Assembly (NCBI GenBank): GCA_963764625.1
Contig: CAVXTH010000009.1
Span: 672,001 to 736,000, forward strand
DNA length: 64,000 nt
DNA from: Candidatus Krumholzibacteriota bacterium
GTDB lineage: Bacteria > Krumholzibacteriota > Krumholzibacteriia > JAJRXK01
Direction: 5' to 3'
Below the pieces are notes generated by a model. That model had not been told where the DNA came from, made no database searches, and saw only the letters and a program-made list of their open reading frames with translations. Below, in pieces: positions 29,229 to 38,097 of the stretch; within the stretch, counting starts at the first letter, position 1; the number at the start of each line of letters is the position of its first letter. A program made the position numbers and the translations under genes.

Positions 29229-29755
29229 ACGGCCAGGCCCAGCCGCTTCACCCCGCGGGGCTCACGCTGCGCGAGCAGCTCTGGCCGAAGGATGAGGAGA
29301 CGGTGCGCCGCATCGTCGCTTCCAGCGGCTTCTTCAGCAGGGGGGAGATCGTGGTGGCGGAGGAACTGGTGCAGGAGCGCCGGCGGCAGGGCCCCGCCAG
29401 CGGCTACGAGTTTCTCTTCGCCGAACCCGCGGGATCGACGGCCGAGCACCCCCTCACCCTCGCCTATGGCTGCTACGGGGAGATCGCCTGTACCGCGGGA
29501 AGCTATGACCTCTTCTGGATCGCGGTGGACTCAGAGCAGCGCGGGGAGGGGATCGGGAAGTGGCTCCTCTCGGAGATCGAGGCGAAAATTCAGCGAAAAG
29601 GAGGCCGCAGGCTCTACATCGAGACTTCTGGCCGGCCCCAATACGATCCCACCCGGCGCTTCTACCTCTCCTGCGGCTTCACCCTCGCTGCCAGCTTCCC
29701 CGAGTTCTACGGCCCAGAAGACTCCAAAGAGGTCTACTGCAAGAAGCTCGATTGA
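29225..29755 (+). CDS. GNAT-family N-acetyltransferase
   Basis: YDLFWIAVDSEQRGEGIG, LYIETS and TRRFYLSCGF motifs. ATGA overlap with the previous gene. Confidence 0.9.
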   Translation: MNGQAQPLHPAGLTLREQLWPKDEETVRRIVASSGFFSRGEIVVAEELVQERRRQGPASGYEFLFAEPAGSTAEHPLTLAYGCYGEIACTAGSYDLFWIAVDSEQRGEGIGKWLLSEIEAKIQRKGGRRLYIETSGRPQYDPTRRFYLSCGFTLAASFPEFYGPEDSKEVYCKKLD

Positions 29756-29969
29756 GGCGCCCTCCACCCCCGGATGCGTCGGCCCAAGCGGGGTGCGCGT
29801 CAGCCCCGGGCCGGAAGCGCAAGTACAGGTATACTAAGTCCTTGACTCCTCTTTTGTGGCCACCCAAATTTGGCCTGGCTCGCAGAGTCATGTGCGGTGG
29901 TCGACGGGTCCGCAGTAGTAGGCACCTCCACCGTGTTTCTTCGTGAATCGAACCTGAGAGGATGATGCC

Positions 29970-31007
29970 ATGAAACGTTTGAACCCCATCTTGCTGGTGA
30001 TCGGGGCGATGACACTGCTCGCGTTCGGCGGGTGCACGGGAGATCAAGGGGAACAGGGACCCGCGGGCCCCGCCGGAACCGCGACCTGTCTGCAGGCCTG
30101 CCATACGGACGACTACCAGATGCAGCAGTACATCGTCGACATTCAGAATGAATATGCCTCGAGCCAGCACGCGCTGGGTACCACGGACGTACGCCGTAGT
30201 GCCCCCTGCTCGGGCTGCCACACCACCGAAGGCTACCAGTACCGCGTGGCCAACAACGGCGCCACGATCGATCTGGAGGAGTCCTCGCACATCGGGTGCT
30301 TCGGGTGTCACGCTCCCCACACGAATGGGGACTTCAGTCTGCGCAAGACGGGCCCAACCGACCTCGAGATGGGCGGCGTGGGTGCCTACGACAAGGGCAA
30401 CAGCAATACCTGCGCGATGTGCCATCAGGCGCGCGCTCCCGAACCGGCCATCGACTCCACCGACGCGATCACCTCGACGCGCTGGGGACCGCACCACGGC
30501 CCGCAGGCCAACGTGCTGTCCGGGAATGGTGCCTATGTGTTTGCCGGGGCGAGCTACAGCGTGAATCACGCCCACAACACCGGCAATCCCGACGGGTGCG
30601 TGACCTGCCACATGGCCCCCCCGCCGGCGGACGGGATGGCGGGCGGTCACTCCTGGTGGATGACCTACGAGTACCACAGCGCCGAGGAGCTCAACAGCAA
30701 TGGTTGCGTCCTCTGCCACGGCACGCAGACGGACATGTTGGCTCTGGTCGAGGACTCACAATCCGCGTTCGCGGCCGATCTCGAAACGCTCGCGACCGGC
30801 ATGGAGACCCTGGGCTGGCTGAACTCCGCTCATGACGCGGTGGTCGCCGCCGGAGTGGGCACGGATGCCAACGCCCGCGGAACGGTGTGGAACTATCTGC
30901 TATTGCTCGACGACACGACGATGGGTGTCCACAATCCGACCTATGCGCGCGCCGTGCTCACGGCCACGCAGAGCTACGTGACCAGCCAACTGCAGCTCAT
31001 GCAGTAG
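29970..31007 (+). CDS. Multiheme c-type cytochrome lipoprotein (5 CxxCH + 1 CxxxCH)
   Basis: Lipobox FGGC and collagen-like GDQGEQGPAGPAG. Heme motifs CLQACH, CSGCH, CFGCH, CAMCH, CVTCH and CVLCH. C-terminal GVHNPTYA. Confidence 0.9.
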   Translation: MKRLNPILLVIGAMTLLAFGGCTGDQGEQGPAGPAGTATCLQACHTDDYQMQQYIVDIQNEYASSQHALGTTDVRRSAPCSGCHTTEGYQYRVANNGATIDLEESSHIGCFGCHAPHTNGDFSLRKTGPTDLEMGGVGAYDKGNSNTCAMCHQARAPEPAIDSTDAITSTRWGPHHGPQANVLSGNGAYVFAGASYSVNHAHNTGNPDGCVTCHMAPPPADGMAGGHSWWMTYEYHSAEELNSNGCVLCHGTQTDMLALVEDSQSAFAADLETLATGMETLGWLNSAHDAVVAAGVGTDANARGTVWNYLLLLDDTTMGVHNPTYARAVLTATQSYVTSQLQLMQ

Positions 31008-31047
31008 AGCATCACCTCTCGGGATACTCGCTTCGAAGCGACGAGAA

Positions 31048-31075
31048 GAGGGGAAGGCCAGCCGGCCTTCCCCTC
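31048..31075. terminator. Hairpin between convergent genes (likely bidirectional terminator)
   Basis: Perfect 12-bp stem GAGGGGAAGGCC-agcc-GGCCTTCCCCTC. Confidence 0.65.
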
Positions 31076-31116
31076 GTTCTGTGTGGGCCTTGTGAGCCTG
31101 GAAACCGCACCTGGGA

Positions 31117-31851
31117 TCAGGGCAGGATCGTGGGCTCGAAGCTCTCCAGGTGATACCGCAGGGCGGACATGGTCGGGTACTGCTTCAGGATGAGATCGTG
31201 CCGCAATCCACAGCAGACCTCGCGGATGTCGGGCGGTGTGTCCCGGTAGCCCTTGGCCCCTCCGATCATGTCGTAGAGCACGCGGATCGCCTGCAGGATG
31301 TCGTTTTGCTGCTTGGCGCGACTCGGCCGTCCCCAGTCGTAGAAGTCGATGAGCTTGAGCTGAAAGTCGACTCCCACCTGGCTGATGAGGATGTTCTCCG
31401 AGTGCACGTCGGCGTGATACTCACCCCGATCGTGGACGTCCTCCAGACCCAGGGCCAGACGGTGCAGGATGGTCAACGCGATGAAGGGGCGTAGACGCTT
31501 GCCTCGGTGTCGATCGATCCATTCCTGCAGGGGCTGACCCGGGGAGTAGGCACTGATCATCACGGTGGTCACCAGCTGTCCGATCCGCACGTGCTCGGTG
31601 TGGTAGTACTGCATCACGATTGGACAGTCGCGCAGGGCCTCCAGCTTCTGCGCGCGTCTCGCGGGCATCGTGCCCTTGGGATCGTGATGCGGGAAGAAGA
31701 GCTTGGCGGCCCGTAGAATTCCCGTGCTCTTCTCGCGGACGCGATAGACCTCTCCTTCGCTACCTCCGCCCAGCCGCTGTTCGACTTCGTAGCTGTGCCC
31801 GATGCGGCGGCCCGGTTGCAGGTTGAAACCCCGGATCTGTCCTTTGGTCAT
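31117..31851 (-). CDS. Small Ser/Thr (Hanks-type) protein kinase-like protein
   Basis: LGGGSEGEVY Gly-loop, AAKLF, HADVHSENIL catalytic loop and LIDFY. Confidence 0.85.
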   Translation of the reverse strand: MTKGQIRGFNLQPGRRIGHSYEVEQRLGGGSEGEVYRVREKSTGILRAAKLFFPHHDPKGTMPARRAQKLEALRDCPIVMQYYHTEHVRIGQLVTTVMISAYSPGQPLQEWIDRHRGKRLRPFIALTILHRLALGLEDVHDRGEYHADVHSENILISQVGVDFQLKLIDFYDWGRPSRAKQQNDILQAIRVLYDMIGGAKGYRDTPPDIREVCCGLRHDLILKQYPTMSALRYHLESFEPTILP

Positions 31852-32682
31852 TGGCCTTGGCTCCGGGAGGTCGTGGGTGAAGGGCGATAGAGAACGAATG
31901 CGATGTCGTCGGGCTTGCCCGGCCCCTCCACCTCGGGCCGGGTCATGCGCTCGAGGCTGCGCGACAGCAGGGCGTCGGCGGCCTTATCCAGCGGTCCACG
32001 ACGAATGATCTCCACGATTTCCGAAACCTCCAGATTGTCGAAGAGTCCATCGCTGCCCAGCACCAGGGTGTCCAAGGCGGGAAAGCGGCGCCGTCTCGCC
32101 GACATCCACGCGCATTCCCTCCATGCCCAACATGCTGTGCACCAGATGCCGCTCTTCGTGCACCATGGCGTCGTGGGCGTCGAGCAAACCCGAGGCCTGG
32201 GCGTAGCCGACCGGAGAGTGGGAAATTGTCTGCCACTTCAATTTGCCCCGCTGACCGGTGACAAGTGCTTCGGAATCTCCGACATGGTAGGTGCGATAGG
32301 CGCCAGCATCGACTTCAGCCACCACCACGGTGGTGGCGGCGCCCACGCCCCAGCCACGAATGGCCTCGTTGGCCTCTTCGATGGCATTGAGGACCTCCAG
32401 ACGGGATGCTCCCTCGTCGGCCAGCGCTTCTGCTCGTTTAGCCAGGCTCTGCACGATGGCGGCCGAGGCATCGTCGGCCCGGGGACCGCTGCCCATTCCG
32501 TCCGCCACCGCGAGCAGATGGGAGTCGGCCGCAAGATGGATGATGAGCGCCGCGTCCTCGCAGCGACCATCACTGCCGGGCGATCCGCGGTATCGCAGTA
32601 CGATGTGCGGCGAACCCGTCTCGAAGGCGCCCGGAGAATCCTCCGCTCGGTGGGTCCACTTGCGTACGTGGGTCTCTTCCAT
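31848..32682 (-). CDS. PP2C-family protein phosphatase (frameshifted near 32080)
   Basis: The N-terminal frame has CEDA, VADGMG, ATT and HVGDS. The C-terminal frame (31848-32105) has TLVLGSDGLFDNL and GKPDDIAFV. One extra C in a CCC run joins them. Confidence 0.85.
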
Positions 32683-32686
32683 CGAT

Positions 32687-33754
32687 TCAGGCCCCGCTCT
32701 CGCTGGAGACCACTCGGCTCAAGAGATCCGCGCGCGTACGCGGATCGGGACCTTCATCCGCCGTGCGCTGCAGAGCCCGGCGAACTCCTCGCAGAGAGCG
32801 CGAGGGAATCGCCAGATGGCAGACGGGCTCGCCCGGTTTCACCGCGGGAAGGGTCGTCATCCCCAGGGTGATTCCGTCGACGGGCGCGACGAGGGAGTTC
32901 TGCGTTTCACCGAACACGCTCACGTTGGTCGCGATGGCTTGGCCCGCCTCGACGAGTTCACCGGGCGTGACATGAAAGCGCAAAATTCCCGCCGCCTCCG
33001 CACGTACCCAGGTAGAGCGCTCGATCTTTACCTGGTACGCGGGCCGGACCGGTTCTCGATCGATCATGTGCAGCTCGGAGAGAACGTTCAGAATACCCCG
33101 AACCCCGGTCTCCTGGACCACTCGTTCGATCTTGCTGGGTTCGCCTGCCTCGAGCAGGATCGTCGGGCATCCGGCTTTCACGGCCTCCCGGCGCAAGGAG
33201 CCTTCGGGACCGCGTCCGTGAACCATCAGTTCGCAACCGAAAGCTCGAGCCAGACGTCGTACTTCCTTGTTCCTGAGATCGCCCCGCACGTTGGGAAAGT
33301 TCGTGCGGCCGGTGGCCGCGGTGTGCAGATCGATACCGTAATCGCTCTGAAGGATGATCTGCGAGAAGAGGGTATGCGCGATGCGGCGAGTGAGGCTGCC
33401 CTTGGCATCGCCCGGAAAGAAGCGGTTGAGATCCCGGCGGTCCGGCATGTAACGGTCCTGGGTTTCGAAGCCGAAGACGTTGACTACCGGGATCAGAATC
33501 AGAGTGCCGGCGAGCAGCGCCACCGGCGTGTCGAAGAGGATCTCGTGCAGAATTCCCGTGCCGTTGATCTCGTCGCCGTGGATCGCGGCGGTCACGAAAA
33601 TCGTCGGTCCCGGCTTCTTACCTCGCAAAACGTGAACCGGCAGGCTGATCTCGTCGCCGGTATAGCTTTGGCTCAACTCGAGGCGAATGTCACGGGATTC
33701 GCCGCGAGGCACTTTGACGCCCCCCAGCTGAAACATTCCGCCGGATCGTTTCAT
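32687..33754 (-). CDS. Succinylglutamate desuccinylase/aspartoacylase (M14) family deacylase
   Basis: AAIHGDEING, DRRDLNRFFPG, GIDLHT and LEAGE motifs, plus a C-terminal hybrid-motif barrel. ATG 33754 overlaps the upstream stop. Confidence 0.9.
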   Translation of the reverse strand: MKRSGGMFQLGGVKVPRGESRDIRLELSQSYTGDEISLPVHVLRGKKPGPTIFVTAAIHGDEINGTGILHEILFDTPVALLAGTLILIPVVNVFGFETQDRYMPDRRDLNRFFPGDAKGSLTRRIAHTLFSQIILQSDYGIDLHTAATGRTNFPNVRGDLRNKEVRRLARAFGCELMVHGRGPEGSLRREAVKAGCPTILLEAGEPSKIERVVQETGVRGILNVLSELHMIDREPVRPAYQVKIERSTWVRAEAAGILRFHVTPGELVEAGQAIATNVSVFGETQNSLVAPVDGITLGMTTLPAVKPGEPVCHLAIPSRSLRGVRRALQRTADEGPDPRTRADLLSRVVSSESGA

Positions 33755-34113
33755 TTTCTTCCTCCCGTCCGGCTCGGGATCCGTTTCTTCTTGCGACGCC
33801 GCAGCGTCTTCGCGGGAATGAGAGACTTCAAGGTGAGCACCTTCCCGTAACAGACCAGAATGTCGCCCGGCAAGATCTCTTGACCCCCATGTGGCGCGGG
33901 AAAAGTGATCCCCTCGCGCTTGACGCTGAGCACGAGCACTTCGCGAATTCTCAGCCCGCTTTGTGCAATCGTCATATTGCACAGAGCGGAGTCGCGATTG
34001 ACCTGAAACTCGGCAACTCCGTAGCCGCTCTTCATGGTGAGCCGCTGACGCAAGTCGATATCAGGAAAGACGAGAAGCTCTTCGAGATGCTCGACGATCG
34101 CTCTCCGCCACAT
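33751..34113 (-). CDS. TrkA-C (RCK_C) domain, probably the frameshifted C-terminus of RimK
   Basis: It reads AIVEHLEE...DIDLRQRLT...GYGVAEF...LCNMTIAQSGLR...VLSVKREG..FPAP....ILPGDILVCYG. It continues the RimK last helix after a +1 insertion near 34103. Confidence 0.75.
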   Translation of the reverse strand: MWRRAIVEHLEELLVFPDIDLRQRLTMKSGYGVAEFQVNRDSALCNMTIAQSGLRIREVLVLSVKREGITFPAPHGGQEILPGDILVCYGKVLTLKSLIPAKTLRRRKKKRIPSRTGGRK

Positions 34114-34942
34114 CCACGCCCGTGGCCTTTTCGATACCTTCCAGCCCCGGGGACGAATTCACCTCCATCACCTGGGGGCCGTCTTGACTCTCGAGCATGT
34201 CGACGCCGGCCAGGCGGAGCCCCATGATCTGCGCCGCTTTCACGGCGGTGCTCTGGTACTCCGCGTCGAGCTCCACCGGTTCGGTGCGTCCTCCACGGTG
34301 GACATTGCTGCGAAACTCCTGGCCCGCGGCGCGGCGCCGCATGGCAGCGATCACTCTTCCTCCCACCACCAGCGCGCGGATGTCCTTCCCCTTGCTCTCG
34401 GACACGAATTTTTGGATGAGCACGCTCTGCATGGCGCTCTGGAGCGTTTCGATGATCGCAGCGGCGATCGACTCCCGGTCGGCCAGGATTACTCCGATCC
34501 CCTGGGAACCCTCGAGCAGCTTGATGATCACCGGCGCTCCACCCACGCTACGAATGGCCGGCAGAACGTCCTCTTTCCGCCGAACGAACGCGGATTCTGG
34601 CATGCCGATGTCATGACGGCTCAGGACTTGGAGGCTGCGCAACTTATCGCGCGAGACGCTGATGGAGGTCGAAGTATTGAGACAGCTCACGCCCATCTGC
34701 TCGAACTGCCGCACCACCGCGGTGCCGAAGGGTGTGATCGAGGGTCCGATGCGGGGAATGACCACGTCGCAGTGCTCGATCGCCCGTTGGTTGTAGAGGA
34801 GGTCCGGGTCGCGCGATTCGACGTGGAGCGCGAATTTCAGAGTGTCGTAGGCGCGAATCTTGTGCCCACGCGCCACAGCCGCTTCGCGCAGCCTCCGCAC
34901 GGAATAGCCACGTGCATTGCGAGTCAGGATGGCAATCTTCAT
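34061..34942 (-). CDS. rimK: RimK-family alpha-L-glutamate ligase (ATP-grasp)
   Basis: [47 protein letters not shown] and [12 protein letters not shown] motifs. Confidence 0.92.
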   Translation of the reverse strand: MKIAILTRNARGYSVRRLREAAVARGHKIRAYDTLKFALHVESRDPDLLYNQRAIEHCDVVIPRIGPSITPFGTAVVRQFEQMGVSCLNTSTSISVSRDKLRSLQVLSRHDIGMPESAFVRRKEDVLPAIRSVGGAPVIIKLLEGSQGIGVILADRESIAAAIIETLQSAMQSVLIQKFVSESKGKDIRALVVGGRVIAAMRRRAAGQEFRSNVHRGGRTEPVELDAEYQSTAVKAAQIMGLRLAGVDMLESQDGPQVMEVNSSPGLEGIEKATGVDVAESDRRASRRASRLS

Positions 34943-34970
34943 CTGCGCCGCTTCCGTTGAGGGGCTGGGT

Positions 34971-35415
34971 TCAATCCCTGGGGCGTGGGAGGGGAGGCCA
35001 GAGAAAGTTCTCCTGTGGATCGACAAGATAGCGACCCTGCAGGGCGTTCCGGCCGATGAGCATCCGCGAGCGCATTTCTTCTCTGGAGATCAGACCCACC
35101 TCCACGAGCTGACGGACTCCGGCCAGCAAGATGGGCGTCTTCACGAAAATCCGCTCGTGGGTGTCGCCCAGACTGGACTTCACCACGCTCCTGCGGCAGA
35201 TCAATGCCTCGATGTGGCGCACGCGTGTGCGATCTTTGCGGGAGAGCGCGATCTCGAAACGAACGCGGTTTTCCGTCCAGGCATTGAAGATGATGTACGT
35301 CGAGAGCGCAAGAGCGCGCACCCGTGTCGATCTTGGCTCGAATCCGCCGGAGTCCCCATTCCGGGAGAGCCACGTATTCCCGCCATCCGATGGTGCGCAG
35401 CGCGTTCTCAGCCAA
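34971..35415 (-). CDS. RimB-like / 'ATP-dependent zinc protease' family retropepsin-like protein (frameshifted near 35270)
   Basis: The N-terminal frame has [10 protein letters not shown]...[12 protein letters not shown]. The C-terminal frame has VRF...VKSS.G..HER...L..R..M...MLIGRNAL.....VDP. An extra A in an A-run joins them. Confidence 0.85.
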
Positions 35416-35609
35416 GGGTTCTCCTGTTGCCCGCCGGAAGAAATTTGGTCGCGGACATCATATTCAATGGCGAAGACCATTGGAAGCCGGAGTTCTCGCC
35501 AAAGAGAGCGCCTGTCTCTCGGGGCGATTGTCGAAGCGGCGGAAATCCTGTTACACTGCCACTTCACGCTCTCCTGCAATCCGTTTCACTCTTTCACGCG
35601 ATTTCCGTC

Positions 35610-36581
35610 ATGAGTCGACTTCTCCTGGTGGCCAGCGAACGAGGGCTCTGGCGGGTGCCGCTCGAGGAAGAGTTGCCGCGCTCGCACGAGCAACTTTCGG
35701 TAGACGTGCCGGCGGACGAAATTCGAGCCCTCGTGGGAACGGGAGACACCGCCGCCGCGCTCGGCAGCGACGGACGTTTTCTTCTGTGGGATAATGCCGC
35801 GCGGTGCTTCCGGGAGGAAGTCCCCCTCGATCTGCAAGAGTGCGAGCTCGAGTGCGCGAGCATGGCAAGCGACGGCAGCCTCTATGTCGGCGCCTGTCCG
35901 CCCCACGTCTGGCGCTGGCGGCGCGAAGAGGGGTGGCGAGAGCTCGCGGGCCTCACCGAGCTTGCCGCCAGCGGACACTGGCAGGGTCTGGAAGCGCCCT
36001 ATGAACCGCGCGTGAGTGGACTCTGGGCCGACGGGAGCTCGGTCTGGGCCAGCATCAGCGTCGGGGGGCTCTGTCGCCACCAGGACGGCCGGTGGGGCCC
36101 GTTCGGCCAGAAGGCTCTCCCCCGGGATCAGCGGGGGCTCGCCTTCCTGCCCCCTCTCTTGTATCTGGCCAGCGGACAGGGACTGTGGTCGCTCGATCCG
36201 GCCAACGGCAGCGCCTCCCGTCTCAGCCTTCCGCCGCGCGCCGCTTTCGCCGCTCGTTTCGGTCGACGGAATCCCGGCTCCGAGGACTTCGTACTCGCGG
36301 CGGCTCCCGGCCCGCCCGCGACCTGGCGTGGGCCCCAAGGATCGCGGATGAGCGTCTGGCACTTCGCCACACACGCCACGGTAGGCCGGCCCGTGGCTGG
36401 TCCTTTCCACGGAGTGATCGAAGGATTGGCGCTCGATCGCGAGCTGGCGTGGGTCGCGACCGACGACGGCGAGCTCTGGCGGGTTCCGCTGGCCGGTCCG
36501 GCTCCCGATCAGCCGCTGGTGGGGGATTTCCCGGCTCTGCGGGGGCTTTTCCTCATTGATGAACCCGCGTCCCGAGGGTAG
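35610..36581 (+). CDS. Beta-propeller (WD40/YVTN/BNR-like) repeat protein
   Basis: Repeats such as LLVASERGLW, LYVGACPPHVWR, VWASISVGGL, LYLASGQGLW and AWVATDDGELW. ATG at 35610. Confidence 0.6.
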   Translation: MSRLLLVASERGLWRVPLEEELPRSHEQLSVDVPADEIRALVGTGDTAAALGSDGRFLLWDNAARCFREEVPLDLQECELECASMASDGSLYVGACPPHVWRWRREEGWRELAGLTELAASGHWQGLEAPYEPRVSGLWADGSSVWASISVGGLCRHQDGRWGPFGQKALPRDQRGLAFLPPLLYLASGQGLWSLDPANGSASRLSLPPRAAFAARFGRRNPGSEDFVLAAAPGPPATWRGPQGSRMSVWHFATHATVGRPVAGPFHGVIEGLALDRELAWVATDDGELWRVPLAGPAPDQPLVGDFPALRGLFLIDEPASRG

Positions 36582-36645
36582 CCTGCCCCAAGGTCGTCCG
36601 AGTGCACCTGGCCGCCAATTGCGGAAGAGATGTGGGAGTCGATTC

Positions 36646-37155
36646 ATGAACCGTTGGTTGCGCATGATCCTCGAGGGAATGCTCGCGGGGAGCCTCTGGC
36701 TTCTGCTGGCGGCTGCTCCGGCGCGGGCGCAGTCGTACTACGACTGGAATCAGGTGGGGGACCCCTACGTGGCCGCCATCGGATTGCAGGCCGGATGGTC
36801 CACCGGCACTGGGCTGTCGGTGCGCTGGCCCCTTCTGCCGCAGACCATGATGTCGGTGACGGGGGGCATCTGGCGCAAAGACAAGAGCACCGACTGGAAC
36901 CTGGGAGTGGAACTCAACCTGGTGCTCCGCCAGGAGGGGAGGATTCGGCTCTACGCGGGACCGGCGCTCGCGGTCATCCACGACGGAAAGGGTGGCGCGG
37001 ACGGGGACCAGCACTGGAACGGGTCGCTGGGAGTCGGCATCGAGTACCTGCTGATGCCGCGCCTGGCTCTGAAAGTGGACCTGGGATTCGTCTACCGCAG
37101 CAGCACCGACGACATCCTGCCCCTACCCCAGGGTGGGCTCTATTTCTACTTCTGA
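36646..37155 (+). CDS. Small outer-membrane beta-barrel protein
   Basis: Signal peptide ending ARA-Q, alternating amphipathic strands and C-terminal GLYFYF. Confidence 0.75.
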   Translation: MNRWLRMILEGMLAGSLWLLLAAAPARAQSYYDWNQVGDPYVAAIGLQAGWSTGTGLSVRWPLLPQTMMSVTGGIWRKDKSTDWNLGVELNLVLRQEGRIRLYAGPALAVIHDGKGGADGDQHWNGSLGVGIEYLLMPRLALKVDLGFVYRSSTDDILPLPQGGLYFYF

Positions 37156-38091
37156 GTCCGACTCGAATCGGAAGGGCCGCTCCCGCTCGAAATCGGGGAC
37201 GCAGCTCTCCTGACTCGTGAGATCCTGCACGAAGGCGTTTTCCAGCCCCAGCTCGAGCGCGTAGTCCGTGATCTCATCGTACTCCGTGACGCTCAGGCTT
37301 CGATTCAGCGCGGGGTAGGCGCTCGCGCGGTACCGTGGCGCGTACTGCGACATGATGCTGAGATGAAGCTCGGGAGAGAGTGTGGCGAGGAAACGCAGAC
37401 AGCGTTTGGAGTCTTCCACCTGACCGGGTAGAACCAGATGGCGCACCAGAAGACCTCTGCGCGCGATCCCGAAGCGGTTGCAGTTCAAGAGACCCACCTG
37501 CGCGAACATCTCACGGATCGCGGCCTGGGCGACTTTCGGGTAGTCGGGCGCCAGGGAGAATTCCTTTGCGAGTCTGGAACTCGCGTACTTCAGATCAGGA
37601 AGGTAGATGTCGACGAGTCCGTCGATGCGCCGCAGCGCCGCGACGGAATCGTACCCGCCCGAGTTGTAGACGATGGGAAGACGCAGACCTCTCGCCTTGG
37701 CGATTTCGATTGCGTCTGCGAGCTGGAAAATCACATGCGAAGGAGAGACCAGGTTCAGGTTGTGCGCTCCACGCGCCTCCAACTCGAGCATGAGCCCGGC
37801 AAGTTCCTCGTTGGAGTACTCGCGGGAGTGGATGGCCGCCGCAGCGCGGCTGATCTGGTGATTTTGGCAGAACACGCAGCGGAGATTGCAGCCGCTGAAG
37901 AAGATCGTGCCCGAGCCACGCTGACCACATATCGGCGGCTCTTCCCCGAAATGCAGCCCGTAGTGGGCTACTTGCGCCCGCTCGCCGATCCCGCACACTC
38001 CGGTCTCGTCGCGGGTTCGATCGACTCCGCACCCCCGTGGACAACAGTCACAGCGCGCCAATTCGGATCGGGAAAAGGAGTGGAACGCCAT
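37123..38091 (-). CDS. PflX-like radical SAM protein (PFL-activating-enzyme-related)
   Basis: CDCCPRGCGVDR...GVC, HFGEEPPI.G..GSGTIFFSGCNLRCVFCQN, DIYLPDLKY and RHLVLPG motifs. Confidence 0.88.
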   Translation of the reverse strand: MAFHSFSRSELARCDCCPRGCGVDRTRDETGVCGIGERAQVAHYGLHFGEEPPICGQRGSGTIFFSGCNLRCVFCQNHQISRAAAAIHSREYSNEELAGLMLELEARGAHNLNLVSPSHVIFQLADAIEIAKARGLRLPIVYNSGGYDSVAALRRIDGLVDIYLPDLKYASSRLAKEFSLAPDYPKVAQAAIREMFAQVGLLNCNRFGIARRGLLVRHLVLPGQVEDSKRCLRFLATLSPELHLSIMSQYAPRYRASAYPALNRSLSVTEYDEITDYALELGLENAFVQDLTSQESCVPDFERERPFRFESDSEVEIEPTLG

Positions 38092-38097
38092 GGCCGC

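Noticed and set aside
29970-31007. Multiheme cytochrome as NrfA nitrite reductase
   Set aside because: It has no CxxCK active-site motif, it is shorter than NrfA, and there is no nrfH or nrfBCD partner.
37123-38091. Radical SAM gene next to mqnD as MqnC or MqnE
   Set aside because: Its motifs (N-terminal CxxCPRxC, HFGEEP, GSGTIFF) match the PflX-like family, not CofH/MqnC/MqnE.
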